Assembly (NCBI GenBank): GCA_963749075.1
Contig: CAVVLJ010000021.1
Location: forward strand, 224,001 to 288,000
Source of the DNA: an uncultured Pseudomonadota bacterium
GTDB taxonomy: Bacteria > Pseudomonadota > Alphaproteobacteria > JACZXZ01
Reading direction: 5' to 3'
DNA length: 64,000 bases
Shown here piece by piece: positions 29,782 through 39,655 of the stretch (within the stretch, counting starts at the first letter, position 1; each line of letters starts with the position of its first letter). Under the pieces are notes generated by a model. That model did no database searches and was not told the DNA's origin. It worked only from the letters and a program-made list of their open reading frames with translations. The translations under genes were made by a program, and so were the position numbers.

Positions 29782-30573
29782 ATGCCCGCCTCTCCCAGGC
29801 GCCGCCATGTCCTCGGCATCAATCCGGTCACGCTTCTCAGTCTCCTCGTCCTCATCCTTGCCTGGGTCGCCGTCACGGAGCTCGGCCTCGTCGACGACCT
29901 CTTCCTCCCGGGTCCCGGCCTCCTTTGGGCCGGCTTCCTCGATCTCCTCGAGAACGGCTACCGCAGCCGCAGCCTCTGGGAGCATGCCGGGCTCAGCCTC
30001 GAGCGCGTGCTCGCGGGCTTCTTGACCGGCGCCGTCTTCGGCACCCTCTTGGGCCTCGGAATGGGCTACGAGCGCCGCATCGAGGCGCTCTTCAGCCCGC
30101 TCGTCGAGTTCCTCAGGCCGCTGCCGCAGCTCGCCTATCTCGTCCTCCTCATCGTCTGGTTCGGCATCGGCGAGGAGGCGCAGATCATCCTCCTCTTCTT
30201 GACCGCCTTTCCGGTCTCGGCGATCGCCGCCATGGACGGCGTCAAGAGCGCCTCCCTCCAGCGCATGCAGGCGGCCAAGGCGCTCGGCGCCAGCGAGTGG
30301 CAGGTCTTCCGCTACGTCGTCTTCCCCTCGGCGCTGCACGAGATCTTCACCGGCGCCCGCTTAGCTATCGGCGTCGTCTATGCCACGCTCATCGCCGCCG
30401 AGATCATCGCCGGCAGCACCGGGCTCGGCTGGATGATCCTCGATGCCGGGCGCTTCCTGCGCTCGGACTACGTCTTCGTCGGCATCCTCATCATCGGCCT
30501 GATGGGCCTGGCGCTCGACCGGCTGCTCCTGGCCCTTGAGCATCGCGTCGTCCATTGGGCGGGACGGGATTGA
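29782..30573 (+). CDS. Taurine/sulfonate-type ABC permease (second copy)
   Basis: 'RPLPQLAY', 'WFGIGE', 'AAKALGAS', 'IAAEII', 'GLGWMI'. Confidence 0.9.
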   Translation: MPASPRRRHVLGINPVTLLSLLVLILAWVAVTELGLVDDLFLPGPGLLWAGFLDLLENGYRSRSLWEHAGLSLERVLAGFLTGAVFGTLLGLGMGYERRIEALFSPLVEFLRPLPQLAYLVLLIVWFGIGEEAQIILLFLTAFPVSAIAAMDGVKSASLQRMQAAKALGASEWQVFRYVVFPSALHEIFTGARLAIGVVYATLIAAEIIAGSTGLGWMILDAGRFLRSDYVFVGILIIGLMGLALDRLLLALEHRVVHWAGRD

Positions 30574-30645
30574 TCAAATCCGGTACGGGGGTCCCGGACG
30601 GGGAGCAAGACCCTCATGGAGAGAGCCAGGAAAGAGGAGGCGACA

Positions 30646-31707
30646 ATGGGAGATCGCGATTTCGGGTCGGGCACGCTCAAGCGGCGCACCTTCATGAAGA
30701 CCGTCACGCTCTCGGGTGCGGCACTGGTGGCCGGCTTGCCGGCGCGGGCGCTTCTTGCCGCCGGCAAGGCGCCCGACAGCGTCCGCGTGGCCTTCTTCGT
30801 CGAAACCAAGCCGACGATGATCGCCAAGGGCGAGGGCTGGTTCGAGAAGATGGCGGGCGGCCCGATCGCCTGGAGCGAGGTCGGCAGCGGCGCCGAGATC
30901 AACACGGCGATGGCGGCGAAATCGGTCGACATCGGGCTCGCCATCGGCTCCTCGCCCACGGCGGCCGGCATCAGCCAGAAGATCCCCTACGAGCTCGTCG
31001 GCATGGTCGACAACATCGGCCCGGCCGAGGACATGATCGTGCGCAAGGCGGCCAACATCAAGGCGCCGGCCGATTTCAAGGGGAAGAAGGTGGCGACGCC
31101 GTTCGGCTCGACTTCCCATTTCCGCCTGCTCGGCTACCTCAAGACCAACGGCCTCAGCGAGAAGGACGTGACCGTGCTCGACCTCAAGCCCGATGCCGAG
31201 GTTGCGGCCTGGACGCGCGGCGACATCGACGCCGCCTATGTCTGGAGCCCGGCCAAGTCGAAGATGCTCGAGGCCGGCGGCGTCAGCTTCCCGACCTGGA
31301 AGAAGCTGGACGCCGCGGGCTACGTGATCGCCGATCTCATCGTGGCGCGCGCGGAGTTCAGCACCGCCTATCCGGACGCCATGGTCGGTTTCCTCCACGC
31401 CTATCGCAACGCGCTCGCCATGTACAAGAGCAAGCCCGCCGAGGCCGAGGCGATCGTCGGCAAGCAGGCGGGCGTCAGCGCCGAGGTCGCCAAGCACGAC
31501 ATGGGCGAGTACGACTTCGTCACCTTCGAGCGCCAGCTCTCGCCGGCCTGGCTCGGCACCCCCGGCCATGCCGGAAAGTTCGCCACCGTGCTGAAGAGCA
31601 CCGCCGACTTCCTCGTGGCGCAGAAGAGCATCCGCGCCGCACCCGGGATCGAGGCCTTTGAGAAGGCGATCAATACCAGCTTCCTCGCGAAGGCGGCGAA
31701 GGCGTAG
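30646..31707 (+). CDS. Taurine/sulfonate-type ABC substrate-binding protein (TauA-like, Tat signal)
   Basis: Tat motif 'KRRTFMK'; 'GSSP', 'GKKVATPFGSTSHF', 'RGDIDAAYVWSP'; GAGGAGG SD. Confidence 0.88.
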   Translation: MGDRDFGSGTLKRRTFMKTVTLSGAALVAGLPARALLAAGKAPDSVRVAFFVETKPTMIAKGEGWFEKMAGGPIAWSEVGSGAEINTAMAAKSVDIGLAIGSSPTAAGISQKIPYELVGMVDNIGPAEDMIVRKAANIKAPADFKGKKVATPFGSTSHFRLLGYLKTNGLSEKDVTVLDLKPDAEVAAWTRGDIDAAYVWSPAKSKMLEAGGVSFPTWKKLDAAGYVIADLIVARAEFSTAYPDAMVGFLHAYRNALAMYKSKPAEAEAIVGKQAGVSAEVAKHDMGEYDFVTFERQLSPAWLGTPGHAGKFATVLKSTADFLVAQKSIRAAPGIEAFEKAINTSFLAKAAKA

Positions 31708-31732
31708 TCGCAAAATCATCGATGCCGAACGG

Positions 31733-31832
31733 ACCCCCCTCCCTGACCCTCCCCCTCAAGGGGGGAGGGGAGGTTCATGGCATGACAACAAAACTCCCCC
31801 TCCCCCTTGAAGGGGGAGGGTAGGGAGGGGGT
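31733..31832. repeat. Intergenic double-hairpin palindromic repeat (CCCTCCCCC..GGGGGAGGG type)
   Basis: Two mutually inverted units: ACCCCCCTCCCTGACCCTCCCCCTCAAGGGGGGAGGG and CCCTCCCCCTTGAAGGGGGAGGGTAGGGAGGGGGT. Confidence 0.8.
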
Positions 31833-31838
31833 GAGGGC

Positions 31839-32621
31839 ATGTCCGCGCCCTTCGTCGAATTCGCCGGCCTCTCCGTCGAGTACCCATCCAAGGACGGGCC
31901 GGTCCTTGCGCTGGAAGGCATCGACCTCGCCTTCGCGGCCGGCGACTTCGTCTGCATCGTCGGCCCCTCGGGGTGCGGCAAGACGACCCTCATGCAGACG
32001 CTCGCCGGCTTCATCAAGCCGAGTGCCGGCCGCGTCGCACTCAACGGCGCCGCCATCGCCGGCCCCGGTCCCGACCGCGGCGTCGTCTTCCAGCAGCCGG
32101 CACTCTTCCCCTGGATGAGCGTCTTGGAGAACGCCGAGTTCGGGCCCATGGTGCGCGGCAAGAGCCGCGCCGAGCGGCGCGAGGCGGTGGAGCGCTATCT
32201 CGGCCTCGTCGGCCTCGCCGAGTTCCGCAACCGCTACCCCTACCAGCTCTCGGGCGGCATGCAGCAGCGTCTTGCCATCGTGCGCGCCCTCGTCAACGAC
32301 CCCAAGGTCCTCCTGATGGACGAGCCCTTCGGCGCGCTCGATGCCTTGACGCGCGAGAAGATGCAGGAGGAGCTCCACGCCGTGTGGCGGCGCACGCGCA
32401 TGACCGTGGTCTTCATCACCCACAGCGTCGAGGAGGCGGTCTATCTCGGCACCGAGGTCGTCGTCATGTCGCCTCGCCCGGGCCGCATCATCGAGCGGCT
32501 TGCGGTCGGCTTCTCGCGCGCGACCGCGGGCGGCGACGACATCCGCGCCATCAAGGGGAGCCCGGAGTTCGTCGCCACGCGCGAGCGCATCCTCGGCCTC
32601 ATCTGGTCGATGGCGTCATAG
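31839..32621 (+). CDS. Taurine/sulfonate-type ABC ATP-binding protein (TauB-like)
   Basis: 'GPSGCGKTT', 'RGVVFQ..ALFPW', 'LSGGMQQR', 'MDEPFGALDALTRE', 'ITHSVEEA'. Confidence 0.93.
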   Translation: MSAPFVEFAGLSVEYPSKDGPVLALEGIDLAFAAGDFVCIVGPSGCGKTTLMQTLAGFIKPSAGRVALNGAAIAGPGPDRGVVFQQPALFPWMSVLENAEFGPMVRGKSRAERREAVERYLGLVGLAEFRNRYPYQLSGGMQQRLAIVRALVNDPKVLLMDEPFGALDALTREKMQEELHAVWRRTRMTVVFITHSVEEAVYLGTEVVVMSPRPGRIIERLAVGFSRATAGGDDIRAIKGSPEFVATRERILGLIWSMAS

Positions 32622-32648
32622 CGCGCGGGGAAGAGAACAAGGATTGGA

Positions 32649-32727
32649 ACCACAAAGACACAAAGACACGAAGAAGGCCTCTTGCGCGAAGCGCAATAAA
32701 TCCTTCGTGTCTTTGTGTCTTTGTGGT
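32649..32727. repeat. Perfect 25-bp inverted repeat element (CACAAAGA-type) between convergent genes
   Basis: ACCACAAAGACACAAAGACACGAAG (32649-32673) and its exact reverse complement (32703-32727); inner hairpin TTGCGC-GAA-GCGCAA. Confidence 0.85.
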
Positions 32728-32748
32728 GAATTTTCTTCTCACCTCCCC

Positions 32749-34425
32749 TCAACCCGTGCCGACCCTCTTCAGCGACCATTTGACCGCCGCCTCCTCGCCC
32801 GCGAGCGTGCTCTCGATGACGATCTGCTCGCTGCGCCGGACGCCGCCCGAGCCGCCGAGATAGACGCTCTCCGCGATGGCAAGGCGGCCGCCCGCGGCAT
32901 CCAGGCGGAAGCCCATGCGGCCCGGCGTGCGCAAGAGGACGGCCTTGCCGTCCTGCACGAGCGACGCCTGCACCTCGGGATGGAGGTGGAAGCGCACCGC
33001 AAAGGCGAGCGGCTCGCGCCCGGGGCCGAGACGCGCGAGGCGGTCCTCGCCGCGCAGGTCCTCGCCACCGCTTGCGAGATAGAGGCGGCGGCGGTGCAGC
33101 ACGTGGAAGGGCGGCTCGTAGCCGTCGTGGCTGGCATCCACAAGGATGGCGCCGTCCGCTTCCTCGCGCCGCGCCAGCACGTGGCGCGGGCGCCGGCCGA
33201 TGCGGCCGTAGGAGAGGAAATCGCAGGAGTTGGTGTCGGCGAGCACGAGCGTCGAGTGCGCCGCCGTGGCGCGCTGGGCCATCAGCCACTCGCCCTTGGC
33301 GCGCGGCCTCGCGCCGCAATTCACGATGACGCGCTCCTTGCCGTAGGAGAGCTCGAAGCTGAGCGTGCCGGCATGGGCATAGGCCTCGCTGCCCGGCGGC
33401 GGCGGGGGGCCGGTGTCCATGAGCACGAGGCTGCTGCCGGCCTCGAGGCGCTGGAAGCCGGTGTGGGGTGCCGATGGCGGCGGCTTCCCCACCGCATCGG
33501 CCCTCGCGAGCACGGCGTCGATCTCTTGGGCGTCGCCCTCGCCCGTATGATTGAAGAGTGCCAAGCGCCCGTCGCCGTGGCGGAAGAAGCGCAGCATGGG
33601 CGCCATGCGGTCGATGGTCGCCTGCAGCCCCGCCGGCACCCCATGGCGGCCGGCGAGAAGGGTGCCGCGCAGCTCGACGAGGAGCGCCAGCGCCGCGAGA
33701 TGGGTGGCCGGGCTGCGCTGGTAATGGCCGCCGTCGGGCAGCACCTGGACATCGAGCTCGGCCAGGAGGCGGGCCGCCGGCATGACGAGGCGGTCCTTGC
33801 GCCCGGGCAGGCAGGCTGTCGCCGTCACATCGGCGATGAGCGCCTCGAGCCGCCCGTGACCGGCGGGCGCAAGCGCAGCACCGCCGAGCCAGGCGAGACG
33901 GCCCAAATGGCGGAGCTGGCGCGCGATGCTGCGCAGGAGGCGTTTACGGAAGGCGTCGTCGGCGCCGCGCGTGAGGGCTTCGTAGGCGGCGAGCCAGGCG
34001 GCGATGCGGCGGCCGAGCACGTCGCCGCGCCAGGCGAGCGGCGACCACTCGCCGTGGCGCGCGATCCACTCCGAGACGAGCGCCCTGCCCTTCTCGCGCG
34101 CCGCGTCGCTGTCCACGGCCATAACGTCGGCGAGCCAGGCGAAGCCGTGGAGCTCTCTCAGCACGTCCTCGCTTACCGCGGCGGCGAAGGGATCGTCGCC
34201 GGCTATGGTCTCGCCCGCGAGCGTCCATTGGCCGGCGAGGATGGCGGCACCCTGGCGTGCGTCGCCGGGCCTCGCCCCGGGTGCCGAGGCGAGTGCCGCG
34301 GGTGCGGCACCGAGGAGGAGCACGCGGTAGGCGGCACTGGCAAAGACGAGACGCTCGGCAGCCGCACGCAGGCGCTCGCCGAGCCGCCGCAGGCGAGAGC
34401 CGGGAGCCTCCGCGGCGCTGCTCAT
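32749..34425 (-). CDS. Heparinase II/III-like family protein
   Basis: 'LHGFAWL', 'LPDGGHYQRSP', 'FRHGDGRLALFN', 'HAGTLSFE', 'RATAAHST', 'ASHDGY'; located downstream of rpe, as is usual. Confidence 0.88.
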   Translation of the reverse strand: MSSAAEAPGSRLRRLGERLRAAAERLVFASAAYRVLLLGAAPAALASAPGARPGDARQGAAILAGQWTLAGETIAGDDPFAAAVSEDVLRELHGFAWLADVMAVDSDAAREKGRALVSEWIARHGEWSPLAWRGDVLGRRIAAWLAAYEALTRGADDAFRKRLLRSIARQLRHLGRLAWLGGAALAPAGHGRLEALIADVTATACLPGRKDRLVMPAARLLAELDVQVLPDGGHYQRSPATHLAALALLVELRGTLLAGRHGVPAGLQATIDRMAPMLRFFRHGDGRLALFNHTGEGDAQEIDAVLARADAVGKPPPSAPHTGFQRLEAGSSLVLMDTGPPPPPGSEAYAHAGTLSFELSYGKERVIVNCGARPRAKGEWLMAQRATAAHSTLVLADTNSCDFLSYGRIGRRPRHVLARREEADGAILVDASHDGYEPPFHVLHRRRLYLASGGEDLRGEDRLARLGPGREPLAFAVRFHLHPEVQASLVQDGKAVLLRTPGRMGFRLDAAGGRLAIAESVYLGGSGGVRRSEQIVIESTLAGEEAAVKWSLKRVGTG

Positions 34426-34462
34426 CGCGGCTGCCCGCTGCCGGCGGCAGCCAGCGCCGCCA

Positions 34463-35128
34463 TCAGCCGGTCCCCCTGAGCCTGGCGATGTTGGCGGCGT
34501 AGGAGCCCGGGCCGCCGCCGAAGGTGGCGGTGCCGGCCACCAGCACGTCGGCACCGGCCTTGACCGCCTCGCGCGCCGTCTCGAAGTTGATGCCGCCGTC
34601 GACCTCGAGCTCGACCGTCTTGCCGAGCCGGTCGATGCGCGCGCGCAGCTCGCGCAGCTTGTCGAGCTGGGAGGCGATGAAGCTCTGCCCGCCGAAGCCG
34701 GGATTGACGCTCATCACCAAGACGAGGTCGAGATCGCCGAGCACGTAATCGATGGCCTCGACGGGGGTAGCAGGGTTGAGCGCCGCACCCGCCTTCTTGC
34801 CGAGCGACTTGACGAGCTGGATCGTGCGGTGGAGATGGGGCCCCGCCTCGGGATGCACGGTGATGATGTCGGCACCCGCCTCGGCGAACTGGGCGACGTA
34901 GGCATCGGCCGGCGAGATCATGAGATGCACGTCGAAGGGAAGCTGGGTGTGCGGCCGCAGCGCCCTCACGACCGCGGGACCTATGGTGAGGTTGGGCACG
35001 AAATGCCCGTCCATCACGTCGATGTGGATATAGTCGGCGCCGGCCGCGGCAACCGCGCGCACCTCCTCGCCCAGCCTCGCGAAGTCGGCCGAGAGAATGG
35101 AGGGAGCGACGCGGACGGCACGCGGCAT
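34463..35128 (-). CDS. rpe: Ribulose-phosphate 3-epimerase
   Basis: 'APSILSADF', '[14 protein letters not shown]', 'DVHLM', '[10 protein letters not shown]', 'VDGG'. Confidence 0.97.
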   Translation of the reverse strand: MPRAVRVAPSILSADFARLGEEVRAVAAAGADYIHIDVMDGHFVPNLTIGPAVVRALRPHTQLPFDVHLMISPADAYVAQFAEAGADIITVHPEAGPHLHRTIQLVKSLGKKAGAALNPATPVEAIDYVLGDLDLVLVMSVNPGFGGQSFIASQLDKLRELRARIDRLGKTVELEVDGGINFETAREAVKAGADVLVAGTATFGGGPGSYAANIARLRGTG

Positions 35129-35268
35129 GAGGAGGTTCCTATCAGCTTGGAGAATCGGCCGCAAGGCTTGCCCGAAGGAATGGGGCGTCCACTAGCGTTT
35201 GAAGCAAGCCAGCGCGCTTGCATGGCTCAGTGCGACGAACATGCCGCTGTCGGTTTGAAGGGCACTCT

Positions 35269-37574
35269 TTACCTGACCGGGGACAGATTGACGGACGCGT
35301 CCTGCTCTCCGTGCGCACATCTAAAGCCGGCTACGGTGCCTTTGAATTCGTTGGATGTGAACTTGCCGACAAGATTGTGGCTGCCTACCTTTGCATTGAC
35401 GGTTCCGTCGTGCGCAATCTCGCCAGAGACATCGAAAGTCGGTTTGTTATACCGGTTTTCAAAATGAGCCGTGCCAGTCAGCACATTGTTCGTCACGGTG
35501 ATCGCAAAATAAAACGGGCAAGAGACAGGCCCGTAGGACAACAATGCCTGCCCCTTCCAGGCTCCATCATGCGCTCCAGGCGAAGCGGTGGGACTTGCGA
35601 TCGCTTTGCTCGAAGGTGCGATCATGGCCTGCTGCTGCGGTCTAGAGGATTCGGCGTCAGCCGCGTTCGATGCCGTTGGGCTGTCGGTTTTCCGCTGATC
35701 GGCCTCGGCGATGTTCTGCCGTCGCGTCGCCTCCTGCCGAGCCTTGAGCGCCGCCTCGTCCGCTTTCTGCCGCTGGGCGGCCTCCTCTGTCTTGCGCCGC
35801 TCCGTCTCCTCAGCCTTCTGACGCTGCACTGCTTCCTCATCCTTCACCAGAGCATCGCGCAAGTTCTTCGCCTGCTCGGCGTAAGCGCCGGTGGGGTAGC
35901 GTCTTAGGAACCCGCTTACGACGCTGCTCTGCTTGGCATCCTTGACCCGCTGCCAGTCCGCTTCCTCTGTCTTCTGCCGTCGCGCTGCCTCCTCGTTCTT
36001 TAGCAGAGCATCGTGCAGGATTTTCGCCTCCTCGGAGTGGGTCCCTGCCGGATAGCGCCGCAGGAAGTCTGCCACCACGGCGCTCTGCTTGGCGTCCTTC
36101 GCGCGCTGCCAGTCTGTTTCCTCGGCGGCCGTCAAGTCTTGGATCGCGTCTCCCGGTAGAAAGCCGCGCACTTTGTTGTCCAAGCTCGCCACGCGGAACC
36201 AGCCCGTATCCTTGACCCGGCCAGTTACCTTTAGCGACACGCCCGGCTCCAGCGCCTTCACCAGTCTGGCCTCAGCTAGCGGTTTCTCGCGGACGTTCGC
36301 GCGCTTGACCGTGATGTAGGAGCCCTTGAACTCCTCGATGGCCGTCTCTGGCTGCGGCGGGAGCGCCGCCATCTGGCCCCGCTTCAGCCCTTCGATCATC
36401 ACCTTTGCCAGGCCAGCGAAGGTGCCCTGGGGGAATTGCGTCAGGTACGCGTCGAAGTCCGCCGCGTTCGTGCTGTCTTTGACGATTGCCAGAATACGAT
36501 CTCCGTCGTCGGACGCTGGCGAGCCAGGGCGGCGTGGTAGTCGCCCGCGGCTCGGCCTTCAATGCCGCCAGCCGATTGCGCGCCAATTCTTGAAGTTCAC
36601 CCTTCGGGAAATTGCGTCAGGTATGCCTCGAAGTCCGCCGGGTTCTTGCTGTCCTTGATCGACTGCCAGAACACGATCTCCTTGTCCGGCTCCGCTGGCT
36701 GCACGACAGCCGGAGGCGGCGCCGGTGCGGGTGCCGGCGGCACGAAATAGAACTCGCCGACCAGCGACGAGGACTCCCATGGCACCTGCTTGCCTTGCGA
36801 GCGCTCCACCACGGAGGCGCGCACGCGCCTGAACAGCTGCTCGACCTCCAGCCCGGGCGCGGTCATCGACTTCAAGAGCTCCGCCGTAAAGAGTCCGTGC
36901 GCGCTGTCGCCATCTGCCGCCACACCGCCCGGCGCCGTGGCATAGGAGATCAGGGTACCGCGCGCGGCGTCGATTGCCGCGAGCCCGCCCGAGAGGCCGC
37001 GCAGCCCACGCCCAAACGGGCTGTCGCGGCAGGCGTCGAGAATCACCAGGGCTATCCGGGATTGCGCGATATTGAAGCGATCGGTCACCACCTCCATGGG
37101 AAACGTCTCGAATGGGATCGCGTCGTCGCTTTCCACCTTGGCATCTACGGGGAGCAAGTAATTCAATCCTCTGAGCTGCATGCCGTGCCCGGCATAGTAG
37201 AAGAGCGCCACGCCGTCATGCGGCAGTGCTCGGCTGAACTCGACGAACGCGGTCTGCATTGCCTTGAGATCGGCGTCCTCGACTTCGATCACCTTGAAGC
37301 CAACGTCGCGCAGCTCCTGTGCCATGGCGCGGGCATCGTTGACCGGATTCTTGAGCTTCGGCACGCCTGCGGCGCGATAGTCGCCATTGCCGATGACGAG
37401 TGCCACGCGGGGCTCGGTGGCCTCGGCAAGCGCGCGGCCGCCCGAGAACGCCGCGAGCAAAACCACCGCAGCGAAGAGAACCGCCGACGGCGCACGCCAC
37501 GCCCTGAGAGGCGCGCCCTGCCGGCCAGCCGTCGGACTGAACGAAGCTCTGCCTTGATGCTGCAGCGAGCCCAC
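35269..37574 (-). pseudogene. Secreted caspase-like (peptidase C14) protein with helical repeats and SH3-like domain; frameshifted at about 36480-36600
   Basis: Signal peptide, 'RVALVIGN', 'LKNPVNDA', 'YAGHG', 'LDACR', 'QVPW'; repeats of the W..K.S....F..YL..FP.G type continue across frames into ORF 35269-36402. Confidence 0.8.
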
Positions 37575-37740
37575 CTCGTCCCCCTGGCGTCGAGGAAGCG
37601 CCGATCTCGCTCACAGGGCGAAAATTAACATCGACCCGGGCGATGTGTCGACTTTGATCCGCTGCCTGCGAGGAGCGCCGCTCGGCAGCGGACCGCCGCA
37701 AGGCTTGCCCTCGCCGCGTAATTCGGCGATTCCTTCTGCC

Positions 37741-38799
37741 ATGAAGCGCATCGGCATCGTCGGCGCCGGCGCCTGGGGAACGGCGCTCGCCCTCGTCCTT
37801 GGCCGCGCCGGACGCGAGGTCGTGCTCTGGGCCCACGAGCGCGAGGTGGTGCAGGCGATCAACGCCGGCCACGAGAACCCGCTCTATCTTCCCGGCGTCA
37901 AGCTTCCTCCCGCGGTCCGTGCCACGGCGGAGCTCGCCGACTTGGCCGCCGCGGAGGCGATCCTCCTCGTCACCCCAGCGCAGCATCTGCGCACCCTCGC
38001 GCGGGCGCTCGCGGTCCGGCTCCGCAGCGGCACCCCGATCCTCATCGCCACCAAGGGCATCGAGCAAGGTACCTCGGCGCTCATGAGCGAGATCGTGGCC
38101 GAGGAAGTGCCGGCCGCCCCGCTCGCCGTGCTCTCGGGCCCGAGCTTCGCCGCCGAGGTGGTGCTGGGGCTGCCGATGGCCTTGACGCTCGCGGCGCGCG
38201 ACGCCGGCCTCGGTGCCAAGCTCGTGCGCGCCGTCGGCAGCCGGCACTTGCGGCCCTATCTCTCCGACGATCCCGTTGGCGTCGAGATCGGCGGTGCTAC
38301 CAAGAACGTCATCGCCATCGCCTGCGGCATCGTCGCCGGACGGCGGCTCGGCGACAATGCGCGCGCCGCCCTCATCACCCGCGGCCTCGCCGAGATGGCG
38401 CGGCTCGGCGTCGCCAAGGGCGCCCGCGCCGAGACCTTCATGGGCCTCTCGGGCTTGGGCGATCTCACCCTCACCTGCAACGGCGCCCAGTCGCGCAACT
38501 TCTCGCTCGGCCTGGCGCTCGGCCAAGGGCGGGCGCTTGCCGGCATCCTCTCCGAGCGCCGCTCCGTGGCCGAGGGGGTGACGACGGCGCCGGCGGTGGT
38601 CGCCCTCGCGCGCCGGCTTGGCGTCGACATGCCGATCTCGCGCGCGGTCGAGGCGGTGCTGCACGAGGGTGCGGCGATCGACGCCACCATCGCGGGCCTG
38701 CTCGCGCGGCCCTTCAAGAGCGAGGGGACGGCCAAGGGGACGGCCAAGGGGACGGCCAAGGGGACGGCAAGGCTGGAACGTCCTCCCGAGTTGCGCTAG
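37741..38799 (+). CDS. gpsA: NAD(P)H-dependent glycerol-3-phosphate dehydrogenase
   Basis: 'GAGAWGTALA', 'KGIE', 'SGPSFA', 'KNVIAIA', 'GDNARAALITRG', 'GLGDL.LTC...SRN'. Confidence 0.96.
   Translation: MKRIGIVGAGAWGTALALVLGRAGREVVLWAHEREVVQAINAGHENPLYLPGVKLPPAVRATAELADLAAAEAILLVTPAQHLRTLARALAVRLRSGTPILIATKGIEQGTSALMSEIVAEEVPAAPLAVLSGPSFAAEVVLGLPMALTLAARDAGLGAKLVRAVGSRHLRPYLSDDPVGVEIGGATKNVIAIACGIVAGRRLGDNARAALITRGLAEMARLGVAKGARAETFMGLSGLGDLTLTCNGAQSRNFSLGLALGQGRALAGILSERRSVAEGVTTAPAVVALARRLGVDMPISRAVEAVLHEGAAIDATIAGLLARPFKSEGTAKGTAKGTAKGTARLERPPELR
38725..38772 (+). repeat. 12-bp tandem repeat (GGGACGGCCAAG) x3 plus one degenerate copy in the gpsA 3' end
   Basis: Directly visible; encodes GTAK-GTAK-GTAK-GTAR. 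Confidence 0.9.
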
Positions 38800-38840
38800 G
38801 GTCGCGCGCGGCAGCCCGATTGCCGAGGACGAGTGCCTCC

Positions 38841-39254
38841 ATGGCCCATTGGCTCTTCAAGTCCGAGCCTGGCGAGTTCTCCTGGGACGACCTGGTGGCA
38901 AAGGGTGCGAGCGCCTGGGACGGCGTGCGCAACCACCAGGCCGCCAACAACATGAAGGCGATGAAGCTCGGCGAGCGCGGCTTTTTCTATCACTCGGTCG
39001 ACGAGAAGCGCATCGTCGGCGTGCTCGAGGTCTCGGGCCTCTACCGCCCGGACCCGAGCGACGCGAGCGGCCGCTTCGGCATGGTAGAGGTGCGCCCGGT
39101 CATGCCGGTGGCACGGCCGGTGACGCTCGCCGAGATCAAGGCCTCGCCTCGCCTCGGCAATCTCTTGCTGGTGCGCCAGTCGCGCCTCTCGGTGGTGCCG
39201 ATCGGCGACGCCGAGTGGCGGCTCCTCAGCAAGATGGCCGGCGTCAAGCCGTGA
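38841..39254 (+). CDS. EVE domain protein
   Basis: 'HWLFKSEP', 'WDGVRNHQA', 'FFYHS', 'RLSVVP'. Confidence 0.93.
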   Translation: MAHWLFKSEPGEFSWDDLVAKGASAWDGVRNHQAANNMKAMKLGERGFFYHSVDEKRIVGVLEVSGLYRPDPSDASGRFGMVEVRPVMPVARPVTLAEIKASPRLGNLLLVRQSRLSVVPIGDAEWRLLSKMAGVKP

Positions 39255-39655
39255 GCGGCGCCGCGGCACAGCAGCTCCTCTGCCGCCTCGAAGAGATCCC
39301 GGAGGGCGAGGGCCGCGGCTTCACGCTCGGCGCGGGCGAGGAGCGCACGCTCGTTTTCGTGGTGCGCAGCAGCGGCCGCGTGCACGGCTACCTCAACAGC
39401 TGCCCCCACATCGGCACGCCGCTCGACATGGTGCCCGACCGCTTCATGACGCAGGACAAGCGCCACATCCTCTGCATGACCCACGGCGCGCGCTTCCGCG
39501 TCTACGACGGCTATTGCTTCACCGGTCCCTGCCAGGGCCAGTCGCTCGCCCGCATCGCGCTCGCCGTCAAGGACGGCGCCGTCGTCCTCGAGCGGGCGCC
39601 GGAGCGGCACGCTCAGAAATCGATGCAGCGCCCCTTGCGCTCCCAGTCGCCGTAG
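39251..39655 (+). CDS. Rieske (2Fe-2S) ferredoxin
   Basis: GTG start overlapping the EVE stop; 'NSCPH' and 'CMTHGARF...G.CFTGPC'. Confidence 0.88.
   Translation: MSGAAAQQLLCRLEEIPEGEGRGFTLGAGEERTLVFVVRSSGRVHGYLNSCPHIGTPLDMVPDRFMTQDKRHILCMTHGARFRVYDGYCFTGPCQGQSLARIALAVKDGAVVLERAPERHAQKSMQRPLRSQSP

Noticed and set aside
36597-36599. TGA read-through or selenocysteine in the caspase-like gene
   Set aside because: The conserved repeat continues in other frames, so frameshifts rather than recoding explain the break.
39613-39655. 43-bp convergent overlap of the Rieske and DUF1674 genes
   Set aside because: Short tail-to-tail overlaps are common in GC-rich genomes where stop codons are scarce.
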